64,000 bases of DNA from contig MNCI01003042.1 in the NCBI GenBank assembly GCA_015680685.1, positions 13,179 to 77,178 on the forward strand. Direction: 5' to 3'. The stretch's first letter is position 1. Every line of letters begins with the position of its first letter. Position numbers and translations under genes: made by a program. Shown here one piece after another: positions 53,601 through 64,000 of the stretch. This stretch comes from Gnetum montanum (taxonomy: Eukaryota; Plantae; Gnetophyta). The notes under the pieces were generated by a model. That model searched no databases and had not been told where the DNA came from. It saw only the letters and a list, made by a program, of their open reading frames with translations.

Positions 53601-56600
53601 AAATATAAAGTAACACATAAACAGGCATAAAAATCCATGTAATTTGCTACTGTTATTACAAACTTCAATTTCAGTTTCAGTACAAATTAGAATAATTATA
53701 TTATAAAAAAGGTAACATCAAACACTTTTAACAAAGAAATGTTTTCTTTCAATTGAATAATATCACACTTTATTGCATTTTTAAAAAATAAGCAAAAGCA
53801 CAACCTCAAAAATCTAAAGCAATACCATATTTCAATGGACACGATGGAATAACAAAGATTTGCATGCTACATACCTAATGTATTGTAATGGTAGCAGTTC
53901 CCAATATTTGTACCAACATATGCTGCCTGTTCCCACAGATGATAGCAATAGTTCTCAAAGATTGATAATTAAGTATTTCTAAATTGATTATAATTATAGA
54001 AGAACAAATAAAGTATAATACATTAATAAGAACACACACACACACACCTGACCATCCGGAGTATAGCACACAGCTGTAATCATTTCATGCAAATCAGTCC
54101 AGTCAACAATTTGTCGATCAGGAATACTCCAAATTCTCACTTTTTTATCCAGTGAACCACTGATGAAGAATCTATCATCCACAGGGTTGAACTGAATGCA
54201 TGTCACTGCCTCAAAAATCGAAACAGGATTTTTAAATCATGGAAAACAAAAGTTCCTAGTAAATAAATGCTTCAAACATCTCAGAGTATGACCGGAAGTC
54301 TTTTTCACAATAATCCATAAAAAATTACAGAACTAAATGATGACTGGAAAATAATTCAAAACCACATAAACATAATGTGACACAAAATCTTACCAAAGTC
54401 ATTGTGTGTAAATACTCTTAGGCAACTTTGGCTTGGCATATGCCATAGTCTCACTGTCTTGTCCATTGAAGAAGAAAGAAGGTACTGTCAAAAAATATAA
54501 AAATGCATATGATTAGATAATTGAAGGAATCATGGGTTAGGGAATTCGGTCAATCAGAAACTCAAAAGTAATAACTGTAAACTAGGCATTATACTATGTT
54601 AATTGAATAAGCCCTATGCATTTGATAGAATTCATGTAAATATTACAAGATTCAAAAGTCCTTTCAATGCACTAAAAGTTTCTTCACACTCTTAGAGTAA
54701 TTGAAAATGCATATGATCACATAATTGGGTTTGGTTGTGCTCCATTCAAATCATGGTCTCTAGTAAAGGGTGTTCCTCCGTTCCCATTGCGAACAGCTTC
54801 ATTTCATTTCATAATTGAAGGAATCATCGGTTAGGTAATTTAGTCAGTAAGAAACTGGCAAGTAATAACTGTAAACTAGTATTATAGTATGGTAATTGAA
54901 TAAACCCTATGCATTTGATAGAATTCATTTAAATATTATGAGATTCAAAAGCCCTTTCAATGTACTGAAAGCTTCATCACACTCTTAGAGTAATTTAAGC
55001 TCTAACACTCTTTTGGATTTTGAATAATTTATTGAAGAGTCCATCTTCCATAGATTAACTAATATATCAAACCCTTAAGAATTGAAAGATCTTAAATTGC
55101 CAATACTTTGTGCAGAATTCTCACTTATCAAAACAACAATGAAACCAACCCGCAAACTTTTTCTTTAATTAAAAATAAATTTGTGTTTCATTGACAATCA
55201 TTGATTCTAAGTTATAAGTACGAAGTAAAACTGAAGGGCATTTTTATGATTGTTGAAAAATCTAAGGACATTTTGATATACAGTTAACATATATCAACAC
55301 AAGGATTCATCTTTTGTTTTGGGAACAACGTGTTGTAAGGTATCATCTGGCATAGGTGTTCATGAGAGGAAAATAAAAAAGCTTGTGAATTAAATTTTTC
55401 TTGTTGAATTTTAAAGTATTTCTTGCATCATAAATTAATGTATGGTTAACTGTTACAACTGACTAGGTGCTTCAAGTGTAAATCATAGTTCCAGAAGAGC
55501 GTTCCCAACTAATAACAAAATCGGTCCCATAGAGAAGCATAAACAAATATTGATTCACAAACATGAGTTTAACATCAGAGACCGAATATATATTATTAAA
55601 AGGGGTCTTGAAAATAAACTTTACATAAAGACTTGAGAAAAAACTTAAAAGAAAAACATTTGGGCTAGGCACTTACTTGAGACTGAGACCATGAGAGGTC
55701 CAAGATATCGCAACTGTGACCATGAAAAGAACAATTAGGTTTATCCGACAGCAAGAAAAGATTCTCAGGAAGCAAAATTGATTCCAAATTAGTACTCTTC
55801 CTCCCCCCTGCAGTTTTCCCTTTCTTTTTCTTATTAGGATGGCCATCAATATGCAATGACAATAAATCGGAAGTTCCATTTCCAGATCCTGTAACATAAG
55901 TTCGAGTGATCCCATCCTCGGACTTTTCATTCACCAGATTATCATACTTCCTCTCTGATTCTGTAACCTGCCAAACATGAATCACCCCATCCTGCCCGGC
56001 GGTGGCAAGATAACGCCCATCGCCACTGAACCTAATAGCCCAGATGGGACCACAGTGAGCTTGAATTTCCTGGCCCATGTACATAGCACTGAACTCCTTG
56101 CAATTCTTCCCATACTGATACACCTTGGTCCACTGCGGATGATGAAGCAGAATATCCTGACTATCATCTGTAGCAGAACTGGATCTTCTTCCTCCTTTCT
56201 CAGAAGATGTATCCTTCTCATCACTGCTGACCTTTACCTTATGCCCCATGAAATTATCAGCAACAACCTTGATGGATTTCAGCCATCCCCCTTTCTTCTT
56301 CCGCTTCGGATTTCCGTCCTCCTCCTTATCTTTGGCCTGTTCGGCCATCTCCCTGCGCATGAGCTCCTGAACCAGAGGAGATTGCCCTAAAACTCTCTCA
56401 AACTCCTCCATACTCAACTCCCGTCCGGTCTCCACCTCCTTAAGCTTGCTCCACATCCCATCCTCGCTGACGCTATTCACAATGAATTCCTTGCCTGTAT
56501 CCAAATTCTTGACCAAACAAAACGTCGACTCCTCGGGGTTGCTATCCCCGGATCGCTCCGCGTCCGTGCCGAGGTTCGACAGAGAAGAGGAGTCCGAATT

Positions 56601-57185
56601 GCTGCTAATCTCGCGCTCAATAATTCTGCCGCTAGCAGCATTATTATTCTTATTCTTATTATTATTATTATTGCTTGAAACCCTGTCCCCAAGGCTGTTG
56701 CTTCTGGAATCCAAATTGAATCTCGAATTCGAATTCACACTTGCATTTGAATTCGATTCAGCTGATCTCGAAATGGAGAAGGGACTATCTACATTATTAT
56801 TGCTCCTCGAAATTGCAGAGGCGGATTCGGCGACCGAAGACTTACCGGAGGGGGAAAGGGGGGGAAGCCATCCGTCCGTCGTAGACACGGATCTGCCGAC
56901 TTCGAAAACGCTGCCGGCAAAGCGCCGTTCATCCGGCCGCGAATTCTGCGTTCCGCTACCGCCGTTGTCGTTCAAGCCGAACTGCCGGAGGAGACGCTGC
57001 CGGCGTTCTTCGACGGAACACGAGAGCGCATCGAGGGAGCCGAAATTCGCCGCGAAATTCGTCGCCGGCGGCAAGGGTTTGCGCAGACCGCCGCCTCCGC
57101 GGAAATCATCCTCCGTGTCGGATCCGGAGGTGGACGGGATTCGATCCAGCGACTCGAAGAAGCAATCGTCTTCATCCTCGCTCAT
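50665..57185 (-). CDS. WD40-repeat protein, WDR44/Rab11-binding-protein-like; 7 coding exons: 57185-55677, 54484-54394, 54205-54048, 53926-53875, 52480-52398, 52291-52198, 51422-50665 (2745 nt, 914 aa)
   Basis: All six introns are GT-AG and exon phases join in frame. Motifs [78 protein letters not shown] and LRTFQNYG.P are typical of plant WDR44-like proteins. Confidence 0.95.
54500..54995. repeat. Tandem duplication (~200 bp unit) in intron 1, second unit interrupted by an 82-bp insertion
   Basis: 54517-54702 matches 54811-54995. AAAATGCATATGAT occurs at about 54500 and 54704. Confidence 0.85.
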
Positions 57186-58050
57186 TCTCAGAAAACTCCA
57201 ATTCCTCTTCGCATCATGACAAATGTGCCAAAATCACCGGCAAACGAGCGTCCGTCCGTCGGCTCGCTCTTTATAGCGAACACGCACGAGTTAAAGAATT
57301 CCGGGACATAAACCCTACTGTAACTACGACTCTTCACCTTCTTCTTCTTCCTCTTCTCGCTGCGACTGGTCTTCCTTTGTGAACTCCGCTGCGGATATGG
57401 CAAATTCCAACGCGATCCGCCGCGTGCATCGAAAACGCGCAAAACTGGCCTCCACTGCAGCAGCGGCGGATCACACAAAAATCAAAAACGGCAACGACGC
57501 AGATGATGACGGAAATCAACTAATCAAGCAAAAGCAACGACTCTGTGTAAAGTCTCGTGGCGGAGGAACAACGACGACAACGACGACGACGAAGAAATCA
57601 AACATGGATCCGGAACACAAGAATTACAAACCCTCGCATGGCAGCCATGGCAAAATAAAAAATTTGCTAAAGACGATCCATTTCTTGCCAGCCTCCTGTT
57701 TTCGCTACAGCGAAGCGCTTGGCAAAAGAGGCTGCCCATAAAATATTTCGACGGCGAATCCCACATGTGCGTCTATCCGTGCTAAATTTTCGCGGCCCGC
57801 TAAATCCGGGAGCCCGTGTTTCCGGCAATGCCACGTGGCGCCCGGAGCGGCCCAGCTCATCATTTCCCCCATTTCCTTTTTATCGGATTTTGGCGACCTT
57901 TTTGATGAGTTGTGCGGGAGTGGAGATCACGTGTTCGAATCCCGGGAGCGCCGTTGACAAACACGGGGGGGCGGGGTTCGGCCCCTGATCTTGGTCTCCG
58001 CGAATCGGACGGCGGACATCGGATTTCACGTTGCGGTGTTTTGTTTACGC
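57186..58050 (-). promoter_or_regulatory. CpG-rich 5' UTR and promoter of the WD40 gene with G-box and E2F-like site
   Basis: CpG retained, unlike the flanking repeats. GCCACGTGGC 57830-57839, CACGTG about 57928, TTTCGCGG 57788-57795, GGCCCA about 57849, telo-box-like AAACCCTA about 57310. Confidence 0.6.
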
Positions 58051-58912
58051 CTACACAGCGAATCCACCATAAAAGCGGAGACTTTGTTTTTGCGTTAAAT
58101 ATTTTGTGGGTTGGAAACCTTTGGTTGCAAGTTAATTTAATGATTTTGCATGCATTCTTTTGCCCTCCATGTGTGTGGATTTTGCTGTGCCTTTTTCCAT
58201 TTATTGTGTGGCCCCCTTGCACGTTATGGGGGTGCTATTTTATTGAACTTATCTGTATTTGTCCTGGCCATGATGCCCTTACATGCTCTGGAAAATCACT
58301 TGTGTTTTGAGTATTTTGGTTTATTTTAATGCTCTTTGAGTGCTGGGTTCATGTCTCCAGCTCTGCCAAGTTGTGGTTGACTCTCTTGCAGGTGTGGGTG
58401 AAGAAGTCATCTAGGGGAACATGGAGGCCCTGTTTGACATGGACCTTGCTAGTTGCCACACCTCTACTTTTCATGATGGTCCTACAAAGTGGAAACTTTA
58501 CCTTAAAAGGCATGCTATGTTTACCGCGTCATGTTTGTAGACACTATCACATGAACTTTATCTTGTATCGTCGGTGAGAGAGCTTTTTTAAGCTTATTTA
58601 TTTTATGTCTCTTCATTTATATGAGTTGTTTCTCCATTATGAGGCTTTTGATTAGACAAGAACTAGGACATTTGTTTTTGAAATAATATGTATTACATTT
58701 GTCTTCTTCTCTTATTTGTTTATCATGGGGGTTGGTCATATCCTATTTTCATATTATTTGCTCTATGATGGTGATGGCGTTCCACCTTTAGTATATGGTA
58801 TTATAACTCACTAACGAATTTGTTGGATTTAATCTTGTACGTTTATTTGATACCTTAGGATTCAAGAATTAATATATCATTAACCAATCATAAAAGATGC
58901 ATAAAGAAGGAG

Positions 58913-59067
58913 TTGTGTTGGGACCCTAAAAATAAGTGTAATATAGGTACACCTCAAGATATTTAGTCCACTTAGAACTTTATAACTTAGCATTGCCCAC
59001 TAGAATTGAACCCATGACTTACAACTTTCAAATCAAAAATCTTATGAGTAAGCTAACACCTCATTGT
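58913..59067 (-). mobile_element. tRNA-derived SINE-like repeat, copy 5 (full length)
   Basis: Reverse complement aligns end to end with 39650-39803. B box GGTTCAATTC. Confidence 0.72.
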
Positions 59068-59349
59068 AAAGAATGGGTTGTGTCACTAGAACTAAATGAC
59101 GATATATTCCCTTGGACATATAACTAAGACAAAACTTTTATAGAAGAATGACTATAAATACACTACAAAACATATATAGCCAACATAGTATTTTAATAAA
59201 AGAATTATAAAAGAATATAACAAAGTCATAAGTGTGACCTAAACTGGTAACTTTTTACTTAACAAGAGAATGAACTACTCACTTGAGTCACCTATCACTA
59301 GCAAACTCACTAATGTGTCAATTAAGCATGCATATTAGAATCAAACACA

Positions 59350-60980
59350 TATGCAGGGTGAACTCCTGGCTTAACCACAACAATGCAACACTACTAGGGC
59401 TATTAATCTACAATCGGTTCATCAATTAAGTGGTTTGGATACTCGATCAAAGAAAAGACCTTTATTCCAACCACGCAGTTTGCCTAAGCCCTCAAATACA
59501 CTTGCTATTGACAGCCTTGTTCCTCCATCTTTCTCTGTATCAAATTCCTTTGAGTTCCCTTCAAACCAAACATTGCCTAGGATCCATACTATAATGCTTA
59601 CTCATGTCGTATCTGATTGGATTCATGCTGGAAACCTTCCCAGGAAATTAGCCAATCTTGAAATTTCTATGATTTATTTGTAGATTGCTAGAAATGAACC
59701 ATGTAAGGGTCTTCTTGATTCTGGTTCCAGTGTCAACCTAATCTCTCATGAGATGTATACTGCATGGAACTTGCCTCCTTTAAAAAAGAGTAATATCAAA
59801 TTAGAATTGGTAAACCAGTCCATCATTGTTCCATTGGGATTGGTAGAAGACATTGTAACTACTATCTATGGGTGGTATTATCCTGCTGATTTCCTAGTGA
59901 TTAAAGTGAAGAAATGTAAAGGGGGCTTTCCAATCATCATGGGAAGGGCATGGGAAGGGAATGAGCATCAGAGATCTTTTCTTGAAAATATCTAAAGAAA
60001 TGCATTCGAAAAGATCAAGAAGAAGTGAGTTCCATGCATCACGTATAGCGATACAAGGTAAATTTGTGTACAAAAACTCTAGGTAGTGAAACGAGCATCC
60101 ATCTTTGCATGCAAGTAGTGTGCACTAGAAGTAGAAATTCAAAGGTGTCTATATGCAGCAGCCATAAAATAGAAGGGTACCCAGTGGCTGACCACTAATT
60201 CTAAGAGCAAACCAACTGAGAGCTTGACATGCACATATGTTGTAGGCATGAATGAACTAGAGCAAGTTCATCACCAACTCTTTGATGATGCAAATGATGA
60301 TACCTATTGGGGAGAGTTGGAAATTCCTAAAAATTTCAAGCAAGTGCCCCTTGAACTAAAAGCTCTACTGGTCGACATGGAATATGTGTTCTTAAAAAAT
60401 GGAAAGCTAGTCATAATTAATGAAAATCTTCCTCCAAAACAAAAAAAGATGTTGTTGAATGTGGTTGAAAAATGGTTAGTAGTCTTTGCTTGGTCATATC
60501 TTGAACTCACAGGGATTAATTCTAGGATATGCCAGCATCGCATCTACACTGATACAGCCATGAAGCTAAAGCAACAACCATAGAGGCAATTGAACCCCAA
60601 TCTAAAGTAGATTGTTAAGGAGGAAATTGAACAACTTCTCAAGGCAAGATTCATTTATCCCATCGCAAATAGCAAGTGGATTAATCCACTCATGGTTGTG
60701 CCAAAGAAAGGTGGCAAGTGGCGGGTCTACATCAATTTTCGACTATTAAATATGACAACATTCAAGGACCATTTTCCATTGTCATTTTCTAATTAGGTGT
60801 TAGACACAATCTCTAGGCATTGCTAATATAGTTTTCTAGATGATTATAGTGGCTATAACCAAATCCAGATCACGTCAAAGGACTAAGCCAAAACAACATT
60901 CACAAGTTCCTAGGGGACTTTTACATATCACAAGATGCCTTTTGGTTTGTGTAATGCCCCTACTACATTTCAATGCCTAG
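59350..60980 (+). pseudogene. Element H: Athila-like gag C-terminus, protease and RT N-terminus, cut by insertion of element F
   Basis: KGLLDSGSSVNLIS, FPIIMGRAW, VPKKGGKWRVYINFR and KMPFGLCNAPTTFQ, ending at the LTR start 60981. Confidence 0.88.
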
Positions 60981-63900
60981 TGATGAGCAGCGAGGTACCC
61001 CTACACTCAACCATATGAATACGAGTGTTCATGCACGATCCGGTCGAACTCCATGGACAGGCTAGTTGTGGTATCTAGATAGTTACACATTGATCGCAAT
61101 TCGCTGTCTTCCCACCTGGACTAGTATTAGCTTTGTCACGTATGGTTTAGTCCAGAGTGAGGTGTATGATGTGATCCTAAACTAATGCTACTCCTAGAGA
61201 CAATGGAAAATAATCTTAATTAAACTAATAAGCAATAGAAAATGAAGTCTAAGCTAGCCTAAGTGNGATTACCAAGCGTAGATCCTAGGTACGTTATTGG
61301 GTTACCAAGTAGTCACACTTAAATGCTCGTGATTAACTCGTACTCATTCCACATTTAACAACAAGAATAGTAAATGATGATAAAGAAATATTAACTAAGA
61401 AAATAATAAATAACAATAACAATTAAATAATTAAACTAAGTGAATGCTGCAATGATGAAGTAATCTCAATCTTTATTGCCGATCATGTGCATGTCCAAGT
61501 ACGTCACACTTGAATAAAGGTTCCGTACAATTACAAGCATCACACTGTGGACATGCACTTGGGAAAATATTCTAACTCCTACGGAAATAAAATGCAAGGG
61601 CTTCGCTACAACTACTCAAAAAGATGCCTCAATGAGGCGAAAGGCCCTCTTTTTTATAGGCCGAGATAGGCGGCTGCGTAAACGGGGCCATGTCGATGCA
61701 GGAAGGCTACGTCGAAGGACCGGCGTCGATGCAGCCGTGTATACGTGGCCCTGTATACGCGGCCTAGTCAACGCATCGACTTAATGACACTTCATCATAC
61801 CCCCACGACTAAGTAAAAACTCGTCCTCGAGTCAAAGAAGGTGAGGAACAAGCTCAATTGAATACACAGTGGATAGTTATGGGATTATTGACTAACAAGA
61901 AATTTATTCATGCCCCAGTGGAGAATTAAATAAAATTTGGACAAACACAAAAGACAAAACTTGTGGAACTCATTAGGTTCCCGGTAGTGGTGGCTCCTCC
62001 ATGGGTGCCTTTCCTTTTTCCTATGCATCAGGCTTCTTAGATTGATACCATTGAAGAAGCACCTGACGTTTCTCCTCTTCTATTTTAGGATTATGAGTCG
62101 TCCATGCTAATGTTCCAATGTTTGATGGAGTCAACACGTTTCATGGACACAACAACTGCGGGAACACTTGATTGGCCTTGACATGCCATGCAGAAAATAG
62201 CCGTCATTCCTCTTCATAGGCTCGGGCCCTAACCTCTCCTCCCTTTGCTTAGATAGATTATGTAGTAACAGGAGTTTCATGATGGATGCTGAATGATTAC
62301 CTTCTGCTTTGCATGTTTTGCATGAGGTCCTTGGCCACTGCCTTCCCCAGGTCGTTTGGTTGCACCTTGAGAAGGTCCTCCGTATTGTCTTCTTTTAGGG
62401 GCCATCTATAATCACACAAAGATCAATTGTTAGTAAGGTTTTTGAAAAAAAGTTCAATGATTTCATACCTTACTCATTGCCTTTAATAAATGTTGCATTC
62501 TTTACTTAGTGTGATTTTAGAGTTAGAAATTTGTCAAGGAAGTTGCCCCAAAAGTTGAATGTTGAACCTAGTTTTGAGGAACGTTTGATAAAATAATGAC
62601 AAAGGAAAGAATAGATTTGGCAATAAAATACTCAGAGGGTATAAGATGATGTGGTGGTGTGCAACAAGTACAAATTACAAAAGTCATGCAAGTGGATCCT
62701 CCCCAAAGCAGGTTCCAACCTATATGCCCTTGCGTAACCACACCTTAAGATGTCCGTAGGCACTAGAAGGGTTAAATGTAATCTATACCGATGCAACAAA
62801 ACACACACATGTTGATACCACCGTGATGAGGTATGAATTCAATGCTATACAAGACACNNNNNNNNNNNNNNNNNNNNNNNNNNNNNNNNNNNNNNNNNNN
62901 NNNNNNNNNNNNNNNNNNNNNNNNNNNNNNNNNNNNNNNNNNNNNNNNNNNNNNNNTTTTTCATTAGATCTACAAGGATCTTAGTACAACCACATTGCAT
63001 GATAACTTCCACAGATGTTACCAAAGAGAATCCACAAGTCCCCTTGATGTCACACCCTGGCCATTCTCTCTTAGTCCATCCTTCTTCACTCTGGGCATAA
63101 TGAGCACAAAAATTACTTTAAGTTTTAATGATGTCAAAAATATCATCGTAACCGGAGTAGAACCTCTTATTAATAGAATGGTTGGGTGGATGTGATGGAC
63201 TTGCTGTTCAAATAATTAGTCACCCAATACTTGATAGCATAGAACAACACCTCAACCAATGAGTCACATGAGTGTTTTATTCGTAGATGAGATTACTCAA
63301 AAAAAAAAAAGATAAAAAGACAAAAACATAAAACAATAAATTAAAATGTGAAAAACTGGAAAACAAAAAGCTGAAAAATTTAAGAAATAGAAAAATGTTT
63401 ATTAATTCTATGTTGTTATAATGGAGGATATCCCCCATAGCTAAACAGTTGAGCATGGCTAGAATTAATAAATGGAAGGTGGGGATCCTTGCATGTTGGA
63501 AATATTGGGACCTGGTCATACCTACCCCATTGGGGTTCACACACTTGATTAGAGTTGACATAGTGGGGCAAGTTATAAGATGTGGTTAATTTATAAGGAG
63601 TTGACCCACTATCCTACTTGTGACTGTAAGATGGTATGCAAGGATCAACATGTCTACCCATGTGGCAAAATTCATTGGGCCCCATGGTTGTTGGAGTATT
63701 GAGTGGTGGCCTTGATAAGGTAACATGAGGCGTTGGGTTCGAAGAGGAAGATGCACCACAGTGTTGGATTTGTGCTGAGTTGGCGGATGCAATGGTTTCT
63801 GAATTGTGGTGTCCCTTTCGACGGTCATGTCTAAAGAAGGGACGCCTTCGATGTTGTGAAGGACCTCCACTACTATTGACAGTAGTAGCATAAGTAACGT

Positions 63901-64000
63901 TTGCGGGTTGGTGTTGTGGTGCAAAATCTTCTGGCATAGCTAGTGGTGATGTAGAAGGGGGTGAAGTATGAGAATATTGAGGTTGAGGAGAAGTGTAAGG
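60981..64000 (-). mobile_element. Element F: non-autonomous Athila-like element (3' LTR 60981-61797, PPT, internally deleted extra ORF 61972-62405, spacer, gag C-terminus without pol)
   Basis: TGATGAG...CTTCATCA followed by PPT 61798-61810. ORF2 start MAPKRRQ is fused to the C-terminal RARAYEEE...EEPPLPGT. Internal PPT-like motif 63432-63442. Pro-rich gag tail 63600-64000. Continuity across the N gap is assumed. Confidence 0.75.
62858..62956. other. Assembly gap (N run)
   Basis: Run of N bases. Confidence 1.

Noticed and set aside
56446-57219. 257-aa plus-strand ORF (also 55977-56390 and 50535-51077)
   Set aside because: Antisense shadows of the WD40 exons; no independent motifs.

Overview
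Eukaryotic plant nuclear DNA: AT-rich, spliceosomal introns, heavy C-to-T decay of repeats. The RTE-X-like LINEs and the Athila subtype suggest a non-seed land plant, but this is inference. There is one intact host gene, a 7-exon WDR44/Rab11BP-like WD40 gene on the minus strand (50665-57185, 914 aa) with a CpG-rich promoter. Most of the rest is a nest of decayed Ty3/gypsy Athila-like LTR elements, labelled A-H here. D is full length with a TSD (26203-39256) and C is an older full-length copy (10865-24407). B and F are pol-less derivatives, E is a solo LTR, and A, G and H are fragments. Also present are a cluster of RTE-X-like LINE remnants, a copia remnant and about five copies of a tRNA-derived SINE-like repeat. 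The most notable signal: five of the Athila copies carry an extra 3' ORF (about 950 codons in D) with a plant-transposon domain and a long coiled coil. Most intact U3 regions carry phased arrays of about 14-bp palindromes just upstream of the LTR TATA box. In B and D a second array sits upstream of an internal TATA that precedes the extra ORF, and the palindrome core matches within an element but differs between subfamilies. This is a candidate element-encoded trans-factor/cis-array regulatory or anti-silencing system (hypothesis). All alignments and counts were done by eye.
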